64,000 bases of DNA, taken from NCBI GenBank assembly GCA_903851235.1, contig CAINNR010000001.1, forward strand, positions 22,432 through 86,431, read 5' to 3'. The position numbers were made by a program, and so were the translations under genes. Below, in pieces: positions 36,965-47,333 of the stretch (the first letter of the stretch is position 1; every line of letters begins with the position of its first letter). The notes beneath the pieces were generated by a model, which was not told the origin of the DNA, did no database searches, and saw nothing but the letters and a program-made list of their open reading frames with translations. Source of the DNA: an uncultured Candidatus Berkelbacteria bacterium (GTDB lineage Bacteria; Patescibacteriota; UBA1384; XYA2-FULL-43-10; CAINNR01).

Positions 36965-38534
36965 ATTCCGGCTGATTTATTACGCTCTGACTTTGATATA
37001 AACTAATTGCAGTCATCTCTGCCGGCTTTGGAATTCCCATAATCTCTAAAATAGTTGGTGCAATATTTGCCAACGCTCCATTCGCAATAAGTTTTCTCTT
37101 AGAAAGTTCCATCTCTTTAGAGATTATAACAAATGGAACCGGATTCGTCGTGTGTTCGGTTTGTGGTTGGTTGGTTTTCGGATTGATCATTTCATCAGCA
37201 TTCCCATGATCCGATGTCACAACAATAGTATAATTATTTTGGAGTAATGATGCTACAAGTTTACCAAGAAATAAATCGACACATTCGATTGCTTGGACCG
37301 TGGCATAAAAATTTCCTGTGTGACCAACCATGTCGGCATTGGCATAATTTACAATAATTAAGCTGAAATCTTTATCGGCATTAGCAATTGTCGATTTGGT
37401 AATTTGTTCGGCGCTCATTGCCGGCGATAAATCGTACGTATTAACCTTTGGTGATGGAATTACAGTCCTAGATTCTTTTGGTAATGTTTTTTCCCGACCG
37501 CCGTCAATAAAATAGGTGACGTGGGCATATTTCTCCGTCTCAGCAATGTGAAATTGAGTCAGACCTCGGCTACTTATGGTCTCAGCCAGTGTGTCTTTAA
37601 TCTCATCTGTCTGGAAAGCGACAACTCCGATTGGATTCGGATCCCGGTTAATAAAAGTTAAAAGATAAAGATTTTTTAATATTTTTCGATCATTAAGCGC
37701 CGGAATTTTTATATCTGTGAATGCGTAGGAAATCTGACGTGAGCGATCTGGACGAAAGTTAAAAAAGATAACTGCATCATTATCGGAGATCAGATGTTTT
37801 TGATGATTTTCATCTAAAATCAGATGCGGTACGATAAATTCGTCGGTAATATTTCGCAAATATGATTTGGAGATCGCGTCGCGAATATTTAAGCTTTCTA
37901 TGGCTTCACCCTTGGTCATTGCGTTATATGCCCGCGAAGTTCGGCCCCAATTTTTGTCTCGATCCATAGCAAAATATCGGCCGCAAATACTGGAAATTTG
38001 CCCTACGCCAATCTCTTTGATTTTACGATTGATAATTTCCAAAATTCCCAGTGCTGATTCCGGATCGGAGTCGCGACCGTCGGTGAACAAATCCAGATAA
38101 ACCGGCGTAACCTGATTGGCTTTGGCCATTTTCATAATTTCAAAAAGATGGTCTAAACACGAATGAACGGTTCCGGTTCCAACCAAACCCATAATATGCA
38201 GTGCTGAAGCGTTTTTTTTCACATGCTCGAATGCTGACAAAATTTTTTCATTTTTAAAAAAATTGCCGTCTTTGATAAAGTTGTTGATAAATACCAGATC
38301 CTGTGGCACAACACGTCCGGCGCCGATATTCAAATGCCCAGTTTCTGAATTTCCGGCGGTGTTCGGTGGTAACCCGACAGCTTCTCCGGAAGCTAAAAGA
38401 GTGGTGTGCGGATATGTTCGCCACCAAATATCCATATTTTGGGTTTTGGCTTGCAAAATTGCGTTGCCCCCCCATGCCGGCCCAACACCCCAACCATCCA
38501 AAATAATTAGAGCTACTTTTCTCATGCCCCTCAT
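36930..38534 (-). CDS. gpmI: 2,3-bisphosphoglycerate-independent phosphoglycerate mutase, paralog 2
   Basis: ILDGWG, GNSETGHLNIGAG, TDGRDSDP and SDHGN motifs. Arranged in tandem with paralog 1. Confidence 0.9.
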   Translation of the reverse strand: MRGMRKVALIILDGWGVGPAWGGNAILQAKTQNMDIWWRTYPHTTLLASGEAVGLPPNTAGNSETGHLNIGAGRVVPQDLVFINNFIKDGNFFKNEKILSAFEHVKKNASALHIMGLVGTGTVHSCLDHLFEIMKMAKANQVTPVYLDLFTDGRDSDPESALGILEIINRKIKEIGVGQISSICGRYFAMDRDKNWGRTSRAYNAMTKGEAIESLNIRDAISKSYLRNITDEFIVPHLILDENHQKHLISDNDAVIFFNFRPDRSRQISYAFTDIKIPALNDRKILKNLYLLTFINRDPNPIGVVAFQTDEIKDTLAETISSRGLTQFHIAETEKYAHVTYFIDGGREKTLPKESRTVIPSPKVNTYDLSPAMSAEQITKSTIANADKDFSLIIVNYANADMVGHTGNFYATVQAIECVDLFLGKLVASLLQNNYTIVVTSDHGNADEMINPKTNQPQTEHTTNPVPFVIISKEMELSKRKLIANGALANIAPTILEIMGIPKPAEMTAISLYQSQSVINQPEYVKYERQNGTI

Positions 38535-38606
38535 TTAATAATTCATCACATGTTTTCATTATACAGTAATGAGGAGAAAAATAGAATTTTTTGCTAACAT
38601 AATAGT

Positions 38607-39197
38607 ATGAAAGTAATAAATAAAATTGATGCTGCTACTATTATAGAGGCGATTTCATCCGGCAAAACCGTTGTTATGCCGTTTGACACGGTTTATGGTT
38701 TGATGGCAAACCCGTTTGATGACTTAGCAATGGAGAAAATCTATCAAATTAAAGGCCGTGATTTCAACAAGCCGATCGCATTGATTTTTTCTTCGATTCA
38801 TATGCTAAAAAAGTTTATTCCATTAATTTCAACTGAAACTGAAAGATATATTGCTGAAAAAGTTCCCGGCGGTTATACTTTTATTTTGCCTTGGAGTAAA
38901 AAAGATCGAAGAAAGTTTTCTCTTCATTATCAAAAACTAGATAAAATTGGCTTTCGGATTCCGGACAATAAATTACTCCTGGATTTGATAAGTCAGCACG
39001 GGAAACCGATTGCCGCCACCAGCGCTAATATCTCAGGCAAGGAAAATTGTTGGAGCGCCGATGAGTTTATTAATCAGATTAAAAATCAAAAAGAAAAACC
39101 GGATTATATTTTCGATGGCGGCGAGTTAATTGCAAGTCAGCCATCAAAAGTCATCGATATTTCAAGTACAAGTGATATAAAAATTCTAAGAAACTAA
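38607..39197 (+). CDS. tsaC: threonylcarbamoyl-AMP synthase TsaC/YrdC
   Basis: YrdC-fold sequence of about 190 aa. Confidence 0.85.
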   Translation: MKVINKIDAATIIEAISSGKTVVMPFDTVYGLMANPFDDLAMEKIYQIKGRDFNKPIALIFSSIHMLKKFIPLISTETERYIAEKVPGGYTFILPWSKKDRRKFSLHYQKLDKIGFRIPDNKLLLDLISQHGKPIAATSANISGKENCWSADEFINQIKNQKEKPDYIFDGGELIASQPSKVIDISSTSDIKILRN

Positions 39198-39475
39198 AAA
39201 GCTTCGGTTGATACTGAGATAAGAAAAAACTACCCGATGATGGTTTGCAATGCGGGACCATTCGGTTAATAACTGGCAGTTTGTTTGCGACCGTTAGTGC
39301 CTATTGTCCATTAGATCCGACTGGTTTTCAGTATCATGGTTATTTTGAACTTTCCATTGCCGATGTACATTACATGATGATTACTAAAGCGGCCACCAAG
39401 TTTCGGCATAGAAGTATAGGAAAACCAAGAACTTGAAAAAACCGACATATGATGATAAAATTAAGAGGTAAATTT

Positions 39476-39562
39476 GGCCGAGTGGCGGAATTGGTAGACG
39501 CACAGGATTCAAAATCCTGCGATAGCAATATCATGAGAGTTCGATTCTCTCCTTGGCCACCA
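39476..39562 (+). tRNA. tRNA-Leu (anticodon CAA), long variable arm, CCA encoded
   Basis: Cloverleaf drawn by hand. Anticodon loop UUCAAAA and a 16-nt variable arm. Confidence 0.9.
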
Positions 39563-39717
39563 TAGATATATTAGTTATGAAAATTGATTTGTAACAAACA
39601 AAAAACACTCATAAACCTAGGAAGACGAAACGAGTCGATAAAATTTTCAATCAATATTTCCCTATCATTCATATAGTTATTATCCAAATTGGTGCATTGA
39701 ATAAACAATAAAATTTC

Positions 39718-40491
39718 ATGAAACATCGACTGACAGAAGAGGATTTGGAACAAATATTTATCGCATCGCGCTACAAAAAGCGAAGTTCTTTTTCGGTTTT
39801 TATAGCCTTTGTTGGACTTTTTATTCTGTTTTTTATTGTTGTAACTTATCTTCTAAATTTTTCTGCCTATAATCAAAAAATTTCATGGTGGTATCAAGAT
39901 GAATTTGGAACAACGCAACACGGTTTAATCGATGCCGTAACAACTTATCACAACCATCCCGCATCTGATAGCAACAGCAGTAATATTTTACCAAATATTT
40001 CCGATAATTCAATTTCTATTGAGAGTATCGGTGTTAAGGCGCCAATAACTTTTGGAGTCGATAATAACGCCACCGCCGTCAGCAATAATTTAAAAAACGG
40101 CCCAATCCAGCTTACCGGGACTTCATTGCCTGGCCAAACCGGAAATGTTTTTATCACCGGCCACTCGTCAAATTATCCATGGATTAAAAGTCAGTATAAT
40201 TCGGTCTTTGCGCTTTTAGGCAATGTTGTTGTCGGCGATCTGGTTCAAATAAAATTTCAAAATGTGAACTATGTCTATCAAGTAAAAAAAATATTTGTCG
40301 TCGATCCTAGTGACATCTCGGTCTTGAATTCAAATTCCTCTTCCAGCACTTTGACCCTGATGACTTGCACTCCGGTCGGAACAAATTTACGACGACTGAT
40401 TGTCCAAGCCGACCAAATTATTCCTGATCAATCACAGAATTCCAAATCAAACAACCAAAGTTCTCAAACTTTGCCCAACGGAGTTCATTGA
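39718..40491 (+). CDS. sortase family transpeptidase
   Basis: N-terminal TM anchor. Catalytic His (ITGH), TLTLMTC Cys motif and conserved Arg (NLRRL). Confidence 0.8.
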   Translation: MKHRLTEEDLEQIFIASRYKKRSSFSVFIAFVGLFILFFIVVTYLLNFSAYNQKISWWYQDEFGTTQHGLIDAVTTYHNHPASDSNSSNILPNISDNSISIESIGVKAPITFGVDNNATAVSNNLKNGPIQLTGTSLPGQTGNVFITGHSSNYPWIKSQYNSVFALLGNVVVGDLVQIKFQNVNYVYQVKKIFVVDPSDISVLNSNSSSSTLTLMTCTPVGTNLRRLIVQADQIIPDQSQNSKSNNQSSQTLPNGVH

Positions 40492-40534
40492 TTCTGTCGG
40501 ATTATTCCGAAATTTGTAATGAGTACTAAAAACA

Positions 40535-41263
40535 CTATTTTATTATCGCTCTTTTATAGGCGACTCCATCTTTGTATAGTAGCGCCGAGCCATCCCAGCT
40601 AAATATGAAATTGGATTTGTCGCTGCTGGATAATTTTACCAACAAAACATCATTGGTGCCGTTTTGCTCAATGATTCGAATTTCGTCGCCTTGTTGATAA
40701 GCCAAGTATTGTGACCCGGGGTACCAGATTACGCCGGAAATTTGATTTGAAAGTCGAGTAACCAAGGTATTGCCAACCCAGATTTCGTGATCATTAAATG
40801 ATAAATTGCCATCAGAGTTTTTAACCAATGTGTCGTACGGTGTATCAATTGAGGAAATAATATTTTGATCGGTGATAATAGAGATTGTCGGATCCAGACG
40901 AAATAAGGTGATATTTTTATACCAAGAAACCTGATCGGCGCTGATTTTTACATGCTGTTGCCACAAATTATATCCATCCTTTCCAACCGAAATATCGTAG
41001 TAGCCAGGAAGCAGCTGGGTGTCAAATGGAGATTTATCATTCGAAGCTTTGCCTGAAATTGAAACTGTGGCGTCTTTAGGAACAAATGATAAGTAGACAA
41101 TTCCAGTATGAGCAATCGAGAATGTCTGCCAATTTATTTTGTAACCAAAACTCATAAAGATCAGATACGACGAGACCAAAATGATAATTAGGGTAATTAG
41201 ACCCTGCCCGAAAATTATCTCTTTTATCCGAAGATTTCGCGGTTTATTAACATATTCTTTCAT
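40535..41263 (-). CDS. hypothetical N-anchored extracellular protein
   Basis: One TM helix then a beta-rich 200-aa domain. No family recognised. Confidence 0.5.
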   Translation of the reverse strand: MKEYVNKPRNLRIKEIIFGQGLITLIIILVSSYLIFMSFGYKINWQTFSIAHTGIVYLSFVPKDATVSISGKASNDKSPFDTQLLPGYYDISVGKDGYNLWQQHVKISADQVSWYKNITLFRLDPTISIITDQNIISSIDTPYDTLVKNSDGNLSFNDHEIWVGNTLVTRLSNQISGVIWYPGSQYLAYQQGDEIRIIEQNGTNDVLLVKLSSSDKSNFIFSWDGSALLYKDGVAYKRAIIK

Positions 41264-41371
41264 ACAATTATTTTAGCTTGTATTGATATAATTGTAAAAT
41301 CGGAGTAAAATAAGATTAGTGATTAAAAATATTTCTATCACATATCTTGAAATCTTCTTTGAAGGAGTTTA

Positions 41372-42664
41372 ATGGCTAAGTTTCGTGTCGTTGGCAATAA
41401 AAAATTAAATGGCGACTTCCAGGTTTTGGGAGCCAAAAATGCGGCCCTAAAAATGGTTGCCGCTTCTGTTATGATTCCCGGCATTTCGATTATTCATAAT
41501 ATTCCCAAAATATTGGATATTTTTCGTATGATAGAGGTAATTGAGAGTTTGGGTGCAAAAACCAAGTTTGAAGATCACACTTTGACAATCGATGCCACCG
41601 GCGTTAAATCTTTTTCACCTAACGAAAAAGCTATTAAAAAGTTACGTGGTTCGGTTGTAATCCTAGGTCCATTGCTCTCAAAGTTCGGACGGGTTCATTT
41701 CTCCGAACCGGGTGGCTGTTTAATCGGCTCGCGACCAATCGACACTCACCTAAAAGCGTTTGAGGCTATGGATGTTTCGGTTGAAATTTCCAACAAGGGC
41801 GCAAAATTTTTCCTGCAAGCCGGAAATAAATTTAAAAATGGCAATATTGATGTCGTCTTATCGGAAATGAGTGTAACCGCGACGGAAAATATTATGATGG
41901 CGGCAGTTTTGCGGAACGGGATCACTACAATAAAAGTTGCCGCATGTGAGCCGGAAATTACCGATTTGGCCAATTTTTTAAACCTTGCTGGGGCAAAAAT
42001 TTCTGGCGCCGGAACTCATACCATTGTAATCGAGGGCGTTAAGAAATTGACTGATGTCGAATATACTGTTTTTCCCGACAGGATCGAGGCCGGTACGATG
42101 GTTATCACTGCCGCTGTTTGTGGGGGGAAAGTCAAAATCAAAGACGTAATTCCGGATCATTTGTCGCTAGTGCTTTCGAAATTCTCGGAGATGTCGGTAG
42201 ATTTTGAAATCATTCCGACAAAAAATGGCCACGCGGATATTATCGTCAATCAACGAAGTCAGCTTGTTGCGCCAGGTTCGGCTAAACTCGATGTTCGACA
42301 ATACCCCGGGTTGCCTACAGATCTTCAGGCGCCATTGGCAGTACTGGCAACTCAAGCAAAAGGTGAAACCAAAATCTTCGAAACGCTTTTCAATATGCGA
42401 TTTGACTATACAAAATGGCTGGTGGAAATGGGAGCAAGAATTGATATATTAAATCCATTTCTGATTGAAATAAACGGACCATCACTACTTCTGGGTCAAG
42501 AAATTGAGTCCTCCGATATTCGCGGTGGCGCCGCCTTGGTGATTGCCGCTCTCTGCGCCAAAGGCACTACAATTATCAACAATATCGAATACATAGATCG
42601 CGGATATGAAAATTTCGATCAGCGACTACGAAAAATCGGGGCGGAGATTGAAAGGATTGACTGA
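41372..42664 (+). CDS. murA: UDP-N-acetylglucosamine 1-carboxyvinyltransferase
   Basis: EPSP-synthase fold with the active-site Cys in GGCLIGSRPID. Confidence 0.93.
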   Translation: MAKFRVVGNKKLNGDFQVLGAKNAALKMVAASVMIPGISIIHNIPKILDIFRMIEVIESLGAKTKFEDHTLTIDATGVKSFSPNEKAIKKLRGSVVILGPLLSKFGRVHFSEPGGCLIGSRPIDTHLKAFEAMDVSVEISNKGAKFFLQAGNKFKNGNIDVVLSEMSVTATENIMMAAVLRNGITTIKVAACEPEITDLANFLNLAGAKISGAGTHTIVIEGVKKLTDVEYTVFPDRIEAGTMVITAAVCGGKVKIKDVIPDHLSLVLSKFSEMSVDFEIIPTKNGHADIIVNQRSQLVAPGSAKLDVRQYPGLPTDLQAPLAVLATQAKGETKIFETLFNMRFDYTKWLVEMGARIDILNPFLIEINGPSLLLGQEIESSDIRGGAALVIAALCAKGTTIINNIEYIDRGYENFDQRLRKIGAEIERID

Positions 42665-43671
42665 TGGCTAGACGAATCGCAATCGATTTAGGCACAACAA
42701 ATGTTTTGGTCTATGTGCCTAAGAGGGGAGTCGTTGTTAATGAACCGTCGGTTGTTGCCCTTCAAGTTGAAAACAACCAAATTGTTGCAATCGGCGAAGA
42801 AGCAAAAAAAATGATTGGCCGGACTCCTGACAGTATCGTCGCCGCCCATCCGCTTCAGGATGGTGTTATTGCGAACTATAATATTTCAGAAACTATGCTC
42901 CGACATTTTATTAATAAAGTCTCCGGTCGAATTAGAATCGGCAAACCGGAAGTTATGATTGCTGTACCTGTTGGTATCACGTCGACGGAACGCCGAGCGG
43001 TAATTGATGCCACGCTGGCCGCTGGCGCTAAACAAGCATATTTGATTAAGCAACCAATCGCTGCCGCGCTTGGTGCCGGAATTCCTATTGCTACCGCTTC
43101 GGGGAACATGATAATTGACATCGGTGGTGGCACAACCGAAGTTGCCGTTATTGCACTTGGTGATGTTGTTGCCGCTAGTTCGGCACGCGTCGGCGGAAAT
43201 AAAATTGATGCAGCAATTGCAGTATATATCCGCAAAAAACACAATTTGATTATTGGCGAACAAACGGCGGAAGAGATAAAAAAACGCATCGGAAATGCCA
43301 TTGAACCGAAAAAGGAAGCTAAAATGGAGGTTTCCGGTTCGAGCGCAATTACCGGTTTGCCGGAGAGCATTATCATTACCTCCGAGGATTTGGTTAAAGC
43401 TCTAAAGCCGCCGCTAACTGATATTATTGGCGTTGTTAAAAGTGTTCTTCAACAAACTCCACCGGAACTTGCCTCAGATGTCATGGACAAGGGAATTATT
43501 ATCTCTGGCGGCGGGGCGCTACTTCGCAACATCGATACGCTTTTGACTAAAGTTACCGGTGTGCCGTGTCAAGTGGCAGAAGAGCCGGAAAAATGCGTTG
43601 TCAAGGGCGCCGGAATTGCTGTTGAACATTTGGATGCTTACAAAAAATCGGTACTTTGGGCGAGAGAATAA
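42664..43671 (+). CDS. mreB: rod shape-determining protein MreB
   Basis: Actin-like ATPase motifs (IDLGTTN, DIGGGTT). Confidence 0.93.
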   Translation: MARRIAIDLGTTNVLVYVPKRGVVVNEPSVVALQVENNQIVAIGEEAKKMIGRTPDSIVAAHPLQDGVIANYNISETMLRHFINKVSGRIRIGKPEVMIAVPVGITSTERRAVIDATLAAGAKQAYLIKQPIAAALGAGIPIATASGNMIIDIGGGTTEVAVIALGDVVAASSARVGGNKIDAAIAVYIRKKHNLIIGEQTAEEIKKRIGNAIEPKKEAKMEVSGSSAITGLPESIIITSEDLVKALKPPLTDIIGVVKSVLQQTPPELASDVMDKGIIISGGGALLRNIDTLLTKVTGVPCQVAEEPEKCVVKGAGIAVEHLDAYKKSVLWARE

Positions 43672-43686
43672 TATTTTAGAGGTTTT

Positions 43687-44190
43687 ATGAAGTATGCAAA
43701 AATTAAAGATCGCGAATCACACCGAGTAGTTGCCACTGCAATTATCCACAAAAGTGGCAAGTATTTAATAACCAAAAGATCGGAAAACAAAAAAGTCTAT
43801 CCCGGTAAATGGACTGTACCTGGTGGCGGACTGGCAATCGACGATTATATTGACGAAAAACCAAATGAAGATCGTGTCTGGTATTTTTCCTTGGAAAAAG
43901 GTCTACGTCGTGAGGTTATGGAAGAAACAAAGCTCAATATTGGCAAGATTGACTATCTACTCGATCTGACATTTATCCGCCCGGACAATGTTGCGGTTTT
44001 GACACTAAGTTTTTACGCTCCATGGAAAAAGGGAGCCGTAAAATTAAGCGAAGAAGAGGTTGATTTCGTTTGGGCAACTCGTGACGAAATTAAGAATTAT
44101 GACCTGATTGCCGGTATTCGCGAAGAAATTTATATGGTTGATGATATTCTAAATAATCGCAAGACAAAAAAACTATTTTTGAGATTTTAG
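43687..44190 (+). CDS. NUDIX hydrolase
   Basis: Nudix box GGLAIDDY...EKGLRREVMEETKL. Confidence 0.8.
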   Translation: MKYAKIKDRESHRVVATAIIHKSGKYLITKRSENKKVYPGKWTVPGGGLAIDDYIDEKPNEDRVWYFSLEKGLRREVMEETKLNIGKIDYLLDLTFIRPDNVAVLTLSFYAPWKKGAVKLSEEEVDFVWATRDEIKNYDLIAGIREEIYMVDDILNNRKTKKLFLRF

Positions 44191-44208
44191 ATATTATTTT
44201 AAATAATT

Positions 44209-45297
44209 ATGATTATTGGAATAGACGCTTCCAGAGCGGTAAAAAAACAAAGAACCGGAACTGAAAATTACTCTAGTAATTTGATTTTTGAGTTGGCGAA
44301 AATTGATGCAGTAAATGATTATATTTTGTATGTTGGTCCGGACTATGATGGAATATTTGATAAATTTCCGAAAAATTTCTCTGTGAAAATAATTCCAAAC
44401 AAAAAATACTGGACGCAAGTTGGGCTAACACTGGAGATGATAAAAAATAAGTCTGATGTTTTGTTTGTTCCGTCACACATACTACCAACTATTTCCGGCA
44501 AAAGATCGGCCATAACTATTCATGACTTGGCGTGGAAATATTTCCCGGAAGTATATTCGAAGAACGAGATTAAAACTCAGAATTTTTCAATTCGCAGAGC
44601 AATTGTCAAAAAAGCCAGTATAATAGTATATTCGAAATCGACCGAATTGGATCTGAAAAAATTCTATCCAAAAACTACTAAACTGATAAAGTTTGTGCCG
44701 ATGGGATTCAAACCAATTAATTCTGATTCAAAACTTTCAGATGAACTGGCTACCAAAGTTAGCGGAAAATACATTCTTTTTGTCGGCAGACTGGAATCAA
44801 AAAAAAATATTATCAATCTAGTCAAAGCATACAGCATGCTTCGAAGCGAGCGAGAAATCAAAGATAAATTGGTTCTGGCTGGCAATCCCGGTTTTGGATA
44901 TGATGAAATCAAACAAGAAATCAACTTATCAAAATTTAAAAATGACATTATTGAAACCGGATTTGTTTCTGATAATAATCGCAACGCTTTATATAAAAAT
45001 GCTTCACTTTTTGCATTCCCGTCACTATTCGAAGGTTTCGGTTTTCCAATTTTAGAGGCTTTTTCCGCCGGTATTCCGGTAGTTACATCAAATGTTTCTT
45101 CGATGCCAGAAGTTGCCGGAGCTGGCGCGATATTGGTTAATCCAAAAAAACCATTTGAAATCGCCGCATCAATGAGTCAAATTTTGAATAAGCCACAAAT
45201 TGGGCAGAAATTAATTACTATCGGAAAAAAGCAAATCACAAAATACAGTTGGGATGTCTGCGCCGAAGAAACCCTTAAAATCCTGGAGGGTAAATGA
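44209..45297 (+). CDS. glycosyltransferase family 4
   Basis: GT4 EX7E region (EGFGFPILEAFSAGIPVV). Confidence 0.85.
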   Translation: MIIGIDASRAVKKQRTGTENYSSNLIFELAKIDAVNDYILYVGPDYDGIFDKFPKNFSVKIIPNKKYWTQVGLTLEMIKNKSDVLFVPSHILPTISGKRSAITIHDLAWKYFPEVYSKNEIKTQNFSIRRAIVKKASIIVYSKSTELDLKKFYPKTTKLIKFVPMGFKPINSDSKLSDELATKVSGKYILFVGRLESKKNIINLVKAYSMLRSEREIKDKLVLAGNPGFGYDEIKQEINLSKFKNDIIETGFVSDNNRNALYKNASLFAFPSLFEGFGFPILEAFSAGIPVVTSNVSSMPEVAGAGAILVNPKKPFEIAASMSQILNKPQIGQKLITIGKKQITKYSWDVCAEETLKILEGK

Positions 45298-46421
45298 AAA
45301 TTGCAATTGTTCACGATTATTTAACCAAGCTAGGTGGCGCAGAAAATGTTCTGCAAGTAATTCATAATATTTATCCAGACGCACCGATATATACTTTATT
45401 ATATGATGAATCCGGGACAAAAAAACAATTTGCCGAAGGCTACGACATTCGGCCATCCCGATTACAAAAATTACCGAAATTTATTCGTAACCGTTCACGT
45501 CTGTTATTGTCAAAATTTCCAAATGCAATCGAGAAATTGGATCTGTCGGAATTTGATGTCGTAATTTCCTCAAGTAACTCATTTGCTCACGGGGTTATTA
45601 CCCAACCAAAAACCCTTCACATCACTTACTGTTATTCACCAATGCGATATGCGTGGGATTGGACACACAAATATTTGGATGAAAATAATATCGGATACGG
45701 TTTGATCGGTTTCTATATCCGGGGTTTAATTTCCAGGCTCCGAATCTGGGATTTTAATGCCAGCAAAAGAACCGATGACTGGGTGGCAATCTCAAAAACC
45801 GTCGCAAAAAGAATTAACAAATATTATCGCAGAGATTCAATAGTAATTTATCCGCCGGCCGACATCACCGAGTTAATAAAAAATGAGCAAAAACCTAGTG
45901 ACTATTATTTAATAGTTTCACGTCTGACACAATACAAGAACATCGATTTGGCGATAAAAGTTTTTAACGAATTACATTTACCACTCTATATTATCGGCGA
46001 AGGCGCCGACCAAAATCGGCTGGAGAAATTGGCTGGCAAAACAATCAAATTTCTTGGCTGGCAAAATGACAATAGTCGCAATAAATATATTAGCAATTCC
46101 AAAGCATTTCTTTTTCCCGGCGAAGATGATTTCGGATTGACACCGATTGAGGCTATGGCCGCCGGCCGACCGGTAATCGCATATAATGCCGGTGGTGCAA
46201 CCGAAACAGTTGTCTCAGGGAAAACCGGTGAATTTTTTAACGATTTTTCCAACCCAAAATTTCTTAAAGACGCTGTTGCCAAAGTTGAGAGAAATTATCA
46301 AAATTACAATCCGGCTGTTTGTAAAGAGCAAGCAAAAAAATTCTCAAGTGAAATATTTACCAAAAAATTTAGCGATTTTGTTAAAACACGGTATAAAGAA
46401 TTTCAAGATGAAAATAAATAG
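45294..46421 (+). CDS. glycosyltransferase family 4
   Basis: GT4 motif (GEDDFGLTPIEAMAAGRPVIA). Confidence 0.85.
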   Translation: MKIAIVHDYLTKLGGAENVLQVIHNIYPDAPIYTLLYDESGTKKQFAEGYDIRPSRLQKLPKFIRNRSRLLLSKFPNAIEKLDLSEFDVVISSSNSFAHGVITQPKTLHITYCYSPMRYAWDWTHKYLDENNIGYGLIGFYIRGLISRLRIWDFNASKRTDDWVAISKTVAKRINKYYRRDSIVIYPPADITELIKNEQKPSDYYLIVSRLTQYKNIDLAIKVFNELHLPLYIIGEGADQNRLEKLAGKTIKFLGWQNDNSRNKYISNSKAFLFPGEDDFGLTPIEAMAAGRPVIAYNAGGATETVVSGKTGEFFNDFSNPKFLKDAVAKVERNYQNYNPAVCKEQAKKFSSEIFTKKFSDFVKTRYKEFQDENK

Positions 46422-47247
46422 AAAAAAAATTAATATCCTCGGTCTGCCGATTGATTCATTTGCAAAAGATGATTCGATTCGATATATCGAGCAAAAACTT
46501 TTGACTAAAAAAGCGATTTTTATCACAACGGTCAATGTTGAATTTCTTTACCGCGCTTTAAACGACACAAAAGTTTTTGACATGCTTCAAAATTCTTCGA
46601 TTAATTTCGCCGACGGGATCGGTGTTTTGTGGGCGGCAAAATTTTTATCGCTAAAATTACCGACTGACAAATTTTGGCGATCGGTTGTCGGTTTTATCAA
46701 ACTATTTGCTTCACTTTGTGCGATCATTTTTTATCCGAAATATCTGAAAAAACCGATTCCCGAGAGAATATCCGGCTCTGACTTTATTTGGGATTTATCA
46801 AAATTTGCGGCAAAAAATGATTTGAAGATTTTTTTACTTGGCGGCGACTCGACCGTTCCTGAACAAGCGGCGCTAAAACTTCAAACCGATGTTGTAAACC
46901 TAAAAGTTTCCGGTATTTTCAACGGTTCCTCGGATGAAAAGGATGAAGCAAAAATTCTTGAGATTATTAATAATGCTAAACCGGACATTTTGTTTGTTGC
47001 GTACGGTGTTCCGGCAGAGGAACTTTGGCTGGAAAGAAATTTGTTGAAAACTGGCGCAAAAATCGGTATCGGTATCGGCGGAACATTTGATTTTCTCGCC
47101 GGCAGACGAAAGCGCGCACCAAAATTTTTTCGATTAATCGGACTTGAATGGCTTTGGCGCTTGATATTAGAGCCACGCCGATTCCACCGCCAATCCGCCT
47201 TGCCTAAATTGGTTTGGCGAGTTTTTAGATATAAATTGGCAAATTAA
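46408..47247 (+). CDS. WecB/TagA/CpsF-family (GT26) glycosyltransferase
   Basis: Conserved GT26 regions (INILGLPID..., DGIGVLWAAK, GGTFDF). The internal ATG is chosen to avoid a long overlap. Confidence 0.8.
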   Translation: MKINRKKINILGLPIDSFAKDDSIRYIEQKLLTKKAIFITTVNVEFLYRALNDTKVFDMLQNSSINFADGIGVLWAAKFLSLKLPTDKFWRSVVGFIKLFASLCAIIFYPKYLKKPIPERISGSDFIWDLSKFAAKNDLKIFLLGGDSTVPEQAALKLQTDVVNLKVSGIFNGSSDEKDEAKILEIINNAKPDILFVAYGVPAEELWLERNLLKTGAKIGIGIGGTFDFLAGRRKRAPKFFRLIGLEWLWRLILEPRRFHRQSALPKLVWRVFRYKLAN

Positions 47248-47333
47248 TCTCTCCCTCAGTTCAAAACTTTTGACATTGGAGAGATTTTTATATATGATTT
47301 CCTCAAGCGCTCAACACGAAGGAGGCAGATCAG

